Under the pieces are notes generated by a model. That model made no database searches. It was not told the DNA's origin and worked only from the letters and a program-made list of their open reading frames with translations. The position numbers and the translations under genes were made by a program. A DNA stretch of 58,929 nt, counting the filler, from an uncultured bacterium (GTDB taxonomy: Bacteria; DAOPZR01): the NCBI GenBank assembly GCA_964637655.1. It is 4 parts of 4 records of this genome, joined end to end, with 100 filler letters (N's around TTAATTAATTAA, not from the genome) between each part and the next. Parts side by side here need not be neighbours in the genome. Positions count along the whole stretch, not along the records: positions 29,743 to 44,286 come from CAZWUZ010000066.1; 3 more parts are not named here. One strand, written 5' to 3'. Positions 33,568-42,689 of the stretch are shown here, in pieces (the first letter of the stretch is position 1; each line of letters starts with the position of its first letter).

Positions 33568-33774
33568 ATGGCACTCAACGGCATTCAATCGCTGCAGGCG
33601 CAGCTCTATCCCGCGCTGCAGATGAGCCCGTCGCAGGTGAACACCGCTGCGGTCGGCAGCGACGTCGGCACGGCGCTGCGGCAGAATACGCCGCCGGCGC
33701 TGCGCGTCGATGCGAATACCCGGCCGGAGGAAATCCCGCCGGTCGTCGGCGGCAGCCTCGATATCACCGCCTGA
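33568..33774 (+). CDS. Small hypothetical protein ending GGSLDITA
   Basis: 68-aa ORF with a GGAGG SD. Confidence 0.6.
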   Translation: MALNGIQSLQAQLYPALQMSPSQVNTAAVGSDVGTALRQNTPPALRVDANTRPEEIPPVVGGSLDITA

Positions 33775-33783
33775 GGCGCCCGC

Positions 33784-34485
33784 ATGTATGACGCGCTCGC
33801 CCTGAGCGGGCGGCGGCCGGTCTATCAGCCCCCGTCGCGCATCGGGGCGGCGCTGAGCGCCTCACTCAGCCGCAGTGACGGCGGTGACCGCGAGGGACGC
33901 CGGCTGGTGTCGCTCGCTTCGCGCCTGGCGCCGCTGCCCGCCTCCACCACGCGCGTGCAGGCCTACGTGCAGCACCTGCAGTCGCTGTCGCCGGAACTGC
34001 CGGTGGCTGATGTCGCGGGCCGGCCGCAGGCGCGCACGGTTACTTCCTCACAGCAGAAAAATCTGGAAAAATATCTTGGTGGCATGGTGCGCGAGCAGGC
34101 GGCGGCACTGACGGCTGCCCGGCGTGGTGGCGACCGGGCGGGGAGCAGTGCTCTCGCCGGCGTTGCTCCCGCCCCCGTGCTGACTGAGTACGGGGTGGCG
34201 CGCACCGGTGACGGAGCGCTGCGGTTTGATGCGGCAGTGTTCCGCGCACGGGTGCGTACGGAACAGACCCCGGTCAGCGAGCTGCATCCGGCCCTGGCCG
34301 CGGCGGGTGAACTGGCGCACGGCATCACGCGCGCGGCCCATGCCGCGGGTGCCGACATCCAGCTGGTCAGCGCTCGCCGGACGAATACGGAGGGGCGTGA
34401 CGAGGCATCCCGCCGCTTTCTGGCCACGGTGCTCGACAGCGCCGCCACGTTCGGGCGCGGCTCGCTCATTGATCTGTATGCATGA
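33784..34485 (+). CDS. Hypothetical protein ending GSLIDLYA, with a FliD-like segment
   Basis: LTEYGVARTGDGALRFDAAVF resembles a flagellar cap protein segment. Confidence 0.55.
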   Translation: MYDALALSGRRPVYQPPSRIGAALSASLSRSDGGDREGRRLVSLASRLAPLPASTTRVQAYVQHLQSLSPELPVADVAGRPQARTVTSSQQKNLEKYLGGMVREQAAALTAARRGGDRAGSSALAGVAPAPVLTEYGVARTGDGALRFDAAVFRARVRTEQTPVSELHPALAAAGELAHGITRAAHAAGADIQLVSARRTNTEGRDEASRRFLATVLDSAATFGRGSLIDLYA

Positions 34486-34494
34486 AAGGACCGG

Positions 34495-34704
34495 TTGACC
34501 ATGAACAGCGATGAAACCACGGCCCGTCGCCAGCTGCGCCTGGCCGGGATGATCATCGGCCTGTGCGGTTCGTTGTGCGCGCTGCTGGCGGCGTATTTTG
34601 CCCTGCGGGCAGGACACCTGGCGCGGGCTGTCGGCATGGCCGGCGCGGGGATTACCTTCGGGGTGATTGGTACCAGCCAGTATGCCGCCGGCCGCCGGCA
34701 GTAA
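34495..34704 (+). CDS. Small two-TM membrane protein
   Basis: Two hydrophobic segments; coupled to the previous gene. Confidence 0.5.
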   Translation: MTMNSDETTARRQLRLAGMIIGLCGSLCALLAAYFALRAGHLARAVGMAGAGITFGVIGTSQYAAGRRQ

Positions 34705-34713
34705 CAGTCGGGC

Positions 34714-34756
34714 AAGAAAACGACGGACGGGCAGCGCTGCCCGTCCGTCGCTGTTT
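34714..34756. terminator. Bidirectional intrinsic terminator
   Basis: Perfect 30-bp palindrome at 34721-34750 between convergent genes, flanked by an A run and TTT. Confidence 0.75.
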
Positions 34757-34761
34757 CCGGA

Positions 34762-36054
34762 TCAGCCGAGGATCGCCTTGAGGTCGGCGTCCGCGGTGGT
34801 GGTGAGCTGCAGGTTGTAGTTATCCTGCAGGACCTTGAAGACGGCCGGGGTGAGGAACGCCGGCGGTGTCGGGCCGAGGCGCATGTTCTTGATGCCGAGG
34901 TGCAGCAGCGTCAGCAGGATGGCGACCGCCTTCTGCTCATACCACGACAGCACGAGGGTCAGCGGCAGCGAATTGACATCGGTTTTGAACGCGCCCGCCA
35001 GCGCCACGGCGATCTGGATGGCCGAATAGGCGTTGTTGCACTGCCCGATGTCGAGCAGGCGCGGAATGCCGTCGATGGTACCGAACTCCTGCTTGTTGAA
35101 GCGGTACTTGCCGCAGGCGAGCGTGAGGATGACACAGTCCTGCGGCACCTTTTCCGCCAGCTCGGTGTAGTAGTCGCGGCCTGTCTTCGCGCCGTCGCAG
35201 CCGCCGATGAGGAAGAAGCGCCTGATTTTCCCCGCCTTGACCGCCGCAATGACCTTGTCGGCGAGGCCCAGCACGGCGGTGTGATGGAACCCGGTGAGGA
35301 TCTTCTTCCCGGGCGCGGCGGGGAGTGACGGCAGTGACTGCGCCCTGGCGATGACCGCGGAGAAGTCGCGTTTTTCGCAGTGCGTCGCCCCGGTGATGCG
35401 GGCGATGCCGCAGGTGAAGAGGCGGTCGAGGTAGGTGTTGGCGGGCGGATCCTGCACGCAGTTGGTCGTCACGAGGATGGCGCCCGGGAACTCGTTGAAC
35501 TCCTTTTTCTGGTCCTGCCACGCGCCGCCGTAATTGCCCGCGAGGTGCTTGAACTTCTTCAGTTCCGGGTAGCCGTGCGCGGGGAGCATCTCCCCGTGCG
35601 TGTAGACCTGGATGCCCGTCCCCTCGGTCTGCTTGAGCAGTTCGTAGAGGTCGAGCAGGTCATGCCCGGTGATGAGGATGGCCTTGCCCGCGACGGTGCC
35701 GAGTTCGACTTCCGTCGGCACGGGGTTGCCGAAGCGCGTCGTGTTCGCCTTGTCTAGCAGTTCCATCGCCTTGTAGTTCATCGCGCCCGTCTTGAGCGCC
35801 AGCGCAATGTGGCTGTTGAGATCGAAATTGACGTTGGTCAGCGTCGAGAAGAGTGCCTCGTGCATGAACCCGTCAAGTTCCGCGTCGACCGCGCCCAGTT
35901 CGCGTGCGTGGTAGGCATAGGCGGCGATGCCTTTCAGCCCGAAGACGATGGTGTCCTGCAGCGAGGCGATATCCTCGTTCTTGCCGCAGACCCCCTTGAC
36001 GGTGCAGCCCTTCCCCTGTGCGGTCTGCTCGCACTGATAACAGAACATGCTCAT
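34762..36054 (-). CDS. hcp: Hybrid cluster protein (hydroxylamine reductase), short form
   Basis: CYQCEQ..GC..GVCGK, THGEMLPAH, GGCDG, LACGKY, GQCN and WYEQKA. Confidence 0.96.
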   Translation of the reverse strand: MSMFCYQCEQTAQGKGCTVKGVCGKNEDIASLQDTIVFGLKGIAAYAYHARELGAVDAELDGFMHEALFSTLTNVNFDLNSHIALALKTGAMNYKAMELLDKANTTRFGNPVPTEVELGTVAGKAILITGHDLLDLYELLKQTEGTGIQVYTHGEMLPAHGYPELKKFKHLAGNYGGAWQDQKKEFNEFPGAILVTTNCVQDPPANTYLDRLFTCGIARITGATHCEKRDFSAVIARAQSLPSLPAAPGKKILTGFHHTAVLGLADKVIAAVKAGKIRRFFLIGGCDGAKTGRDYYTELAEKVPQDCVILTLACGKYRFNKQEFGTIDGIPRLLDIGQCNNAYSAIQIAVALAGAFKTDVNSLPLTLVLSWYEQKAVAILLTLLHLGIKNMRLGPTPPAFLTPAVFKVLQDNYNLQLTTTADADLKAILG

Positions 36055-36112
36055 GAATCCACCTCCGTGAGATCAGCCCCCCAAGGGTGCCGTCGTGTTG
36101 TGTTCCGCCTTC

Positions 36113-36154
36113 ATTCTACCATGCGGGCGCGGCACGGACATTGACACAAGTCAA
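36113..36154 (-). promoter_or_regulatory. hcp promoter with a Crp/Fnr (HcpR-type) box
   Basis: TTGAC-ACAA-GTCAA at 36141-36154. Extended -10 TGnTAGAAT at 36113-36121 on the minus strand. The box is centred near -41.5. Confidence 0.75.
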
Positions 36155-36209
36155 GCGCGCGAAAAAAACACCTATCCGGATGCGGGAAAGACGGTTGTGC
36201 GCGAATCGA

Positions 36210-36911
36210 CTACAGCTTGTCGCCGGCGGCAAGCCCCTGCAGCCGCCCGATATCGAGCAGCGTCACGCTGCGGCGCTGGCTGCGGATGACCCGCTGCTGG
36301 ACCATCTTGCGCAGGGTGCGCGACAGGGTTTCCGGGATGGTGCCGAGCGCGGCGGCCAGTTCGTGTTTGGCGATGGTGAGTTCGATATGCTGCCCGCGCT
36401 GCGGGACGCGATGCGCGTGCACGGCGGCATCGAGCAGGTATTTGGCGAGGCGGGCGCTGACCTCCTTCAGCGAGAGGTCCTCGATCATGCCGACCAGGTG
36501 GCGCACGCGGGTGCTGAGCACGGCGATGATCTGCCGGGCGAGCACGGGATCGCGCTCGAGCTGGCGGAGGAGCACGGCGGCGGGGAGCAGCAGGAGAACG
36601 CAGTCGGTGACGGCGAGCAGGGTGGCGGGATAGGTGCCGCCGGCAAAGAGCGCGACCTCGGCACAGAGGTCACCGGGGCGGAGCAGGCGCAGGGTCTGTT
36701 CGCGCCCGGTGGCGGCGGTGCGCACCAGCTTGGCGCTCCCCTGCAGCAGCAGCCAGGCCCCTTCCGCCGCATCCTCCCCGAGAAAGACCACGCCGCCGGC
36801 AGCCACCGCGCGGCGCTGCGCATGCTGCGCGAGCAGGCGCTGGGTGGCAGGCGGCAGGGCGGCGCCGAGTTCGGCCTGCTGCAGGTGACGCAGGACGGCG
36901 TTCGTGTCCAT
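36210..36911 (-). CDS. Crp/Fnr family transcriptional regulator (HcpR-like)
   Basis: cNMP-binding fold plus HTH LAAALGTIPETLSR; next to hcp. Confidence 0.9.
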   Translation of the reverse strand: MDTNAVLRHLQQAELGAALPPATQRLLAQHAQRRAVAAGGVVFLGEDAAEGAWLLLQGSAKLVRTAATGREQTLRLLRPGDLCAEVALFAGGTYPATLLAVTDCVLLLLPAAVLLRQLERDPVLARQIIAVLSTRVRHLVGMIEDLSLKEVSARLAKYLLDAAVHAHRVPQRGQHIELTIAKHELAAALGTIPETLSRTLRKMVQQRVIRSQRRSVTLLDIGRLQGLAAGDKL

Positions 36912-36945
36912 GGGTGCAGTATAGCATAGTTCCGGAAAAAAACTC

Positions 36946-36974
36946 TTGACATTTCCGTCCGGCAGTAGTACACT
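36946..36974 (+). promoter_or_regulatory. Sigma70-type promoter of smc
   Basis: TTGACA-17 nt-TACACT. Confidence 0.7.
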
Positions 36975-37013
36975 CGCCCATATATTTGCTCACCTGTGGG
37001 AGGGGAGTGTCTC

Positions 37014-40000
37014 GTGTATCTCAAGCGTGTGGAAATGTTCGGCTTCAAGTCGTTTGCCGACCGGACCGGCATCGATTTCGGGCACGGGGTGTACGCCATT
37101 GTCGGGCCCAACGGCTGCGGCAAGAGCAACGTCGTTGACGCGGTGCGCTGGGTGCTCGGCGAGCAGAGTCCGAAGTCGGTGCGCGGCACCTGCATGGAGG
37201 ATGTTATCTTCACCGGCAACGGGCATCGCGCCGCGCACAACTTCGGCGAGGTGACGCTGACGCTCGACAACGAGGCGGGGCGCCTGCCGATTGCCTTCAG
37301 CGAGGTGGCGGTAACGCGCCGCGTGCACCGCGGCGGTGAATGCGAGTACCTGATCAACCGCGAAACGGTGCGTCTGCGTGACATCCACAACCTCTTCTTC
37401 GATACCGGGGTCAGCCGCAACCTCTACTCGCTCATCGGGCAGGGACAGGTGGCGACGCTGGCGTCGAGCGCGCCGCAGGAGCGGCGCGTGCTCTTCGAGG
37501 AAGCGGCGGGGATCATGAAGTACCGCACCAAGAAGGTCATCGCCCTGCGCAACCTCGACGCGACGGTGCAGGACCTGGCGCGGCTCAACGACATCCTGCG
37601 CGAGCGCGAAGCGCAGCTGGAGACGCTGAAGCGGCAGGCGCGGCGGGCGGAGCGCGCCGGCGAGGTGCGCCGGCAGCTGCGCGAGGCGGCTGTCGCGCGC
37701 CTCAAGGCGGACCTGGCCGGACAGGAGGAGGCCGAAACGCAGCGGCGCTACCAGCAGGAGGAACTGCTGCAGCGCGAGCAGGCGTTGCGCGCGGAGCGCG
37801 AACTGACGACGCAGGAACTGGCGGCGCTGCGCGCGCGGGAGCGCGACTGCGACCTGACGGTGGAACAGGTGCGCGCGGCGCGCGAGCAGGCGCGCAACCG
37901 CGTGCTGCAACTCGAGGGGCAGGTCAGCGTGCTGGCGGAGAAGGTGCAGGCGCTCGACCAGCGGCAGCGGCTGCTGGACGAGGCGGCCACGGTCAATGCC
38001 GAGCGGCTGACGGCACTGGCGTTGCAGGAGGAGCAGCGCGGGGCGTTGCTGGCGACGGCGCGGCAGACCCTGGCAGCGGGCGAGGAGGAACTGCGCACGC
38101 TGGCGACGCGCGAGGAGGACCTGGCGCGGCTGCGGACGGAACTGGAAAGCGGCATCGGCGCGGCTGAACGGCGGCTGCGCGACATCGACAGCGACGTGCG
38201 CGCGCGCGCCGAGGAAGAGCATGTATTGCTCGAGCGCCTGGCGCAGAAGCAGGCGGCGGACGACGAACAGCACAAGCGCATGGTCAAGCTGGCCTCGCAC
38301 CTCGATACCATCGAATTCAAGGGGCTGGAACTGCGCCAGCACCGCGAGCAGCGGCACGCGGCGCGGGTTGAGGCGGAGACGGTGATCGCCTCGCTGCGCA
38401 CGCGCGAGCAGGAACTGCTGGCGGCGGAAAAAGACCTCGACGCGAAACTGCGCGCGGTCGAGTCGCTGATGGCGACCGACAAGGCGCAGCTCGAGACGCT
38501 GGAACAGTGGGTGCGCAACCACGAGGGATGTCGCGACGGGGTGCGCGCGCTGCTGGCGGCGGCGGCGCAGGGTGAAACCACGGGGGTGCGCGGCCTGCTG
38601 GCCGAGCGCCTGACCATCGCCGCCGAATTCGAGGTGGCCATCGAGGCGGCGCTGGGCGAGGCGCTGCAGACGCTGCTGGCGGATGACGAGGCGGCGGCGT
38701 GGCGGGCGGTGCAGCTGCTCGCGGACGGCACGCGCGGGCGCGCGGCGCTGGTCTGGCCGGAACTGGCACCGCTGGCGGCGGATACGCGGCTGTCACCGCC
38801 GCCGCAGGGGGACGGCATCGACGGACCGGCGCTGGCGCTGCTCGGGCACAAACCGGAGGACAAGGGTGTGCTCGCGGTGCTGCTCGGGCGCACCTGCGTG
38901 GTGCGCGACCTGGACACGGCGCGGGCGCTGCGCGCGGCGGGGCGCGGCGCGGGGTGGGATTTCGTCACCAGGCGCGGCGATGTCTGGCAGGCCGATGGCG
39001 TACTGACGGCAGGTCCGCTGGAGAGTTCGCAACTGCTCGGCCGCAACCGGGTCATCGCGGAATTACGGGAACAGCTGCGCACGCGCAGCGAGGAGTTGCG
39101 GCGGCTGCACGCGCAGCGGCATACCGTCGAGCAGGACCGCGGGGCGCTGCAGAGCAACCGCATCCGTCAGCAGGAACGCATGGAGCGGCTGGCGCTCGAA
39201 GAACGGGCCTTCGACGGCGATTTGCAGGCCTGGGACCGCGAACAGAAGGGTATCCGCCAGGAGCATGGCGAACTGCAGCAGCGGCGGGCGGTGATGGCTG
39301 AGGAGTTGCGCCTGCTGGCGGCGCAGGTCGAGACGCTGGCGCAGCCGGACGCGACGCTGGCGCAGACCCGCGCGGCGCAGGAGGAGGCGCTGGCGCAGCT
39401 GCAGGCGCGCCGGCAGGAGGTCGGCAGCGAACTGGCGCGGGTGCGCGACCTGCACACTGACCGCAAGGTGGCGGTGGCTGCGGCGCGCGAACAGAGCGGC
39501 GCGCTCGAACGCGAACTGGCGGATCTGGCGCGGCAGCGGCAGGCCATTGCCGCGGAGGAGGAAAAACAGCGGCCTGAGCGCGAGGCGTATGGCGGGAGCA
39601 GGCAGAACCTGCAGACGCAGCGGGCGGCGCTCGAGACGGAACTGCACGAGCGGCACGCGGCGGAAACAATCAGCGACGGGGAATTGCGCGAGGCGGTCAA
39701 CCGCCAGCAGGAAGTCAAGGCGCAACTCGATGTGCAGGGGCGGACGCTGGCGGAGCAGCAGGACCTGCTCGAATCGCTGCAGCAGGAACTGCACCGCATC
39801 GACCGCGAAATCAGCGACGAAACGCACCGCGAGGACACGCTGCGACAGGCAGTCATGGTCGAGTTCCAGCTCGACGACCCGGCGGTGCTCGACGCGGAAC
39901 TGGCGGCCTGCACGGCGGAGCCGCCGGCGGCGGAACTGCTCGCTGACCTGCGCAAGAAGCACCAGCACCTCGGCGGGGCGGACGAGGGGGCCATCGAGGA

Positions 40001-40586
40001 GTACCGGCTGATGCAGGAGCGTATCGGGGCCGATTTGCGGCAGCGCGACGACCTGACCCAGGCGGAAGCCAACCTGCGCGCGACCATCCGCCGCATCGAC
40101 CGCTACAGCCGCGAGATGTTCCGGCGCACGTTCGACGCGGTCAACAACAACTTCCGCATCCTCGCCCGCCGCCTCTTCGAGGGGGGCGAGGCCTGGCTCG
40201 AACTGATCGAGGATGACGACCTGCTCAAGGCGGGTATCGAGGTGTTCGTACGGCCTCCGGGCAAAAAGCAGCAGGCGATGTCGCTCTACTCGGGCGGGGA
40301 GAAGGCGCTCATTTCGCTGGCGCTGCTCTTCGCGGTGTTCCTGGTGAAACCGAGCCCGTTCTGCATCCTCGACGAGGTCGATGCCCCGCTCGACGACAGC
40401 AACGCGCAGCGCTTTATCGACCTTGTCCGCGAATTCGCCAAGCGCACGCAGTTCGTCATGATCACCCACAAGAAAGTGACGATGATGAGTGCGGACCGGC
40501 TGATCGGCATCACCATGCAGGAGCGCGGGGTGTCAAAGGTGCTTGAGGTGTCCATCGGCGAGGCGCAGGAACTGGCCGAAGCGTAG
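37014..40586 (+). CDS. smc: Chromosome partition protein SMC
   Basis: GFKSF, GPNGCGKSN, hinge, SGGEK and LDEVDAPLD; long coiled coils. Confidence 0.96.
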   Translation: MYLKRVEMFGFKSFADRTGIDFGHGVYAIVGPNGCGKSNVVDAVRWVLGEQSPKSVRGTCMEDVIFTGNGHRAAHNFGEVTLTLDNEAGRLPIAFSEVAVTRRVHRGGECEYLINRETVRLRDIHNLFFDTGVSRNLYSLIGQGQVATLASSAPQERRVLFEEAAGIMKYRTKKVIALRNLDATVQDLARLNDILREREAQLETLKRQARRAERAGEVRRQLREAAVARLKADLAGQEEAETQRRYQQEELLQREQALRAERELTTQELAALRARERDCDLTVEQVRAAREQARNRVLQLEGQVSVLAEKVQALDQRQRLLDEAATVNAERLTALALQEEQRGALLATARQTLAAGEEELRTLATREEDLARLRTELESGIGAAERRLRDIDSDVRARAEEEHVLLERLAQKQAADDEQHKRMVKLASHLDTIEFKGLELRQHREQRHAARVEAETVIASLRTREQELLAAEKDLDAKLRAVESLMATDKAQLETLEQWVRNHEGCRDGVRALLAAAAQGETTGVRGLLAERLTIAAEFEVAIEAALGEALQTLLADDEAAAWRAVQLLADGTRGRAALVWPELAPLAADTRLSPPPQGDGIDGPALALLGHKPEDKGVLAVLLGRTCVVRDLDTARALRAAGRGAGWDFVTRRGDVWQADGVLTAGPLESSQLLGRNRVIAELREQLRTRSEELRRLHAQRHTVEQDRGALQSNRIRQQERMERLALEERAFDGDLQAWDREQKGIRQEHGELQQRRAVMAEELRLLAAQVETLAQPDATLAQTRAAQEEALAQLQARRQEVGSELARVRDLHTDRKVAVAAAREQSGALERELADLARQRQAIAAEEEKQRPEREAYGGSRQNLQTQRAALETELHERHAAETISDGELREAVNRQQEVKAQLDVQGRTLAEQQDLLESLQQELHRIDREISDETHREDTLRQAVMVEFQLDDPAVLDAELAACTAEPPAAELLADLRKKHQHLGGADEGAIEEYRLMQERIGADLRQRDDLTQAEANLRATIRRIDRYSREMFRRTFDAVNNNFRILARRLFEGGEAWLELIEDDDLLKAGIEVFVRPPGKKQQAMSLYSGGEKALISLALLFAVFLVKPSPFCILDEVDAPLDDSNAQRFIDLVREFAKRTQFVMITHKKVTMMSADRLIGITMQERGVSKVLEVSIGEAQELAEA

Positions 40587-40735
40587 TTTTTCCCGGCTCT
40601 TTTTTACCCGGCCCAGCCAGAGATGAAACAGACATTGTATGTGTTTGTTTGTTTATTGTTTCCTTGATTTGCATATTTATGCCAAATGTGGTACTTTTAA
40701 TTATCGTAAAAAAACGTACTGTGCAGGAGCATGCA

Positions 40736-40751
40736 TGGCATGGATTGTGCA
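40736..40751 (+). promoter_or_regulatory. Candidate sigma54 promoter
   Basis: TGGCATGGATTGTGCA (GG-N10-GC) after an AT-rich stretch. Confidence 0.45.
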
Positions 40752-40771
40752 TGCATTATGACAATCTGTGA

Positions 40772-41257
40772 ATGGCGGGTGCTATGCTGATGCGTATGAC
40801 GGTTTTGGCGGCTGTACTGCTGGCGCTTGTTTCCGGCTGCGGCGGCGGCGATGGCGATAACAGGAATACCGGCGTGCCGCCTGCAGACGGGGAAACGGAT
40901 TCCTTTGTGCTGACGCCCGGTGCGGTGGCGCAGGAGGGGATCATTCCCCCGCAGCCGCTGGTGTTGCCGCTGGAAGCGCCGGTGGTCGAACCGGCGGCGC
41001 CGGCGGAACTGTCGGAGGACGACCTGCTGCAGCGCACGGATGGAACTTTGCTGGTACCACCCCGGCGTGAGCCGCGGCAGTCGGGGGGCGGAGGGAGTAC
41101 CTTTACCGGCGGGCGTGAGGTCTTTGTTGACGTGACAGCACCGGTTGCCGCTGGCGAATGGTACTTGTTCGGATTTGAGTATGTTGCCGGCAGCGCCGAT
41201 GACTATCGACAGGGGGAATTTGCCCCGGGGGCCCGTCTGCTGCCGCCGGGCCTATAG
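40772..41257 (+). CDS. Putative lipoprotein
   Basis: Signal peptide with lipobox LVSGC. Start codon uncertain. Confidence 0.6.
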   Translation: MAGAMLMRMTVLAAVLLALVSGCGGGDGDNRNTGVPPADGETDSFVLTPGAVAQEGIIPPQPLVLPLEAPVVEPAAPAELSEDDLLQRTDGTLLVPPRREPRQSGGGGSTFTGGREVFVDVTAPVAAGEWYLFGFEYVAGSADDYRQGEFAPGARLLPPGL

Positions 41258-41260
41258 TAG

Positions 41261-41289
41261 TTGACACGCATAAACGGGTATAGTATACT
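41261..41289 (+). promoter_or_regulatory. Sigma70-type promoter of the polysaccharide export operon
   Basis: TTGACA-17 nt-TATACT. Confidence 0.7.
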
Positions 41290-41366
41290 AATCTAATTAT
41301 GTGTCGAGTAGTCGGGTGCGGTGGGGGGCCGCGGCTGACAGCGGATAACGCAAGGAGACGCGAGTT

Positions 41367-42644
41367 ATGACGAGGACTGGATGCGTGCTGCTGATGGCGG
41401 TAGTGCTGTGGGCGGGTGCACTGGCCGCCCCGGCCGAGGAAATCAGGCCGCTGGCCCCCGCGGGTGGCAGCGAGGAGTACGTCATCGGCATCGATGACGT
41501 GCTGGAAATCACGGTGTATAAGCATCCCGAACTGACCAAGCGCGTGACGGTGCGCCCGGACGGGATGGTCACCTACGAACTGGCAGGGTCAGTGACCGCG
41601 GCGGGACGCACGGCCAGTGATCTCGACCGCGATGTGACGGAGAAACTGACGGCTTTCCTGCGCAACCCGGAAGTGACGGTGGTCGTGGCCGAGTTCAACA
41701 GCCGCAAGGTGCTGGTGGTCGGCGAGGTCGCGCGGCCCGGCACGTTCAAGATCGAAGGCACGACGCGCCTGCTCGACATCCTGACCCGGGCAGGCTGGTC
41801 ACAGAATCCCGCCGGGGCCAACATCGCCAACGTCATGCGCGAGGATGGCAGCGTGGTGCGGGTCGATCTAGACGCGCTGCTCTATCGCGTCGATACCACG
41901 CAGAACATCCTGCTGCGCAAGAACGACACGATTTTCCTGCCGCGGGTGACCGCAGCGCAGGCGGCGCAGCGGCAGCCCGGTCGCATCACCGTCTACGGCG
42001 AGGTCAACAAACCGGGGGCGGTCGAGTGCCCGGCCGAGGGGCGGCTGACGGTCAAGGACGCGCTGCTGATGGCGGGCGGCGTGACGCAGAATGCCGCGCA
42101 GACGCGCGGGCGCATCCTGCGCGCGAGCGGCGACATTCAGCTGGTCAATCTCAAGGCGCTGATCTATGATGGCGACCTGTCGCAGGATTACGCGCTGGCG
42201 GCGGGGGATGCGCTGTTTGTTCCGCGCGAGCAGGAGGTCGAGGTCTACGTCCTCGGCATGGTGGCCTCGCCCGGCCTGTACGTCGTGCATGAGCGCCCGA
42301 ACGTGCTGCAGGCGCTGACCCTGGCGAAGCACTACCGTTTCGGCGCGGTGCTGCGCAGTGCCAAGGTGGTGCGCGGCGACCCGAACAACCCGCTGGTCAT
42401 CTCGGTCGACCTCGAGCGCCTGCTCTTCAAGGGGGACCGCACGCAGAATATCCGGCTTGAGTCGGGAGACGTGCTCTTCATCCCGCAGTCATTCATCTCG
42501 AGTGTTTCGGACTTCATCGCCAATATCTGGCCGCCGATGGCGACCACGCTCGACGCCTACAGCCGCGTCCGCGATGTCGGCGATAATGACGGGCGCTCAT
42601 ACTGGGACCCGACGGATAACGGCGGCGTGTCGTACAGCCGGTAA
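41367..42644 (+). CDS. Polysaccharide export protein (Wza-like, SLBB repeats)
   Basis: YVIGIDDVLEITVY, VRPDG and repeated VxGEVxxPG units. Confidence 0.88.
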   Translation: MTRTGCVLLMAVVLWAGALAAPAEEIRPLAPAGGSEEYVIGIDDVLEITVYKHPELTKRVTVRPDGMVTYELAGSVTAAGRTASDLDRDVTEKLTAFLRNPEVTVVVAEFNSRKVLVVGEVARPGTFKIEGTTRLLDILTRAGWSQNPAGANIANVMREDGSVVRVDLDALLYRVDTTQNILLRKNDTIFLPRVTAAQAAQRQPGRITVYGEVNKPGAVECPAEGRLTVKDALLMAGGVTQNAAQTRGRILRASGDIQLVNLKALIYDGDLSQDYALAAGDALFVPREQEVEVYVLGMVASPGLYVVHERPNVLQALTLAKHYRFGAVLRSAKVVRGDPNNPLVISVDLERLLFKGDRTQNIRLESGDVLFIPQSFISSVSDFIANIWPPMATTLDAYSRVRDVGDNDGRSYWDPTDNGGVSYSR

Positions 42645-42689
42645 TGGAGGTGCGGGGGACGACGGCGGCACGGTGACGGGGCGCGCGTA

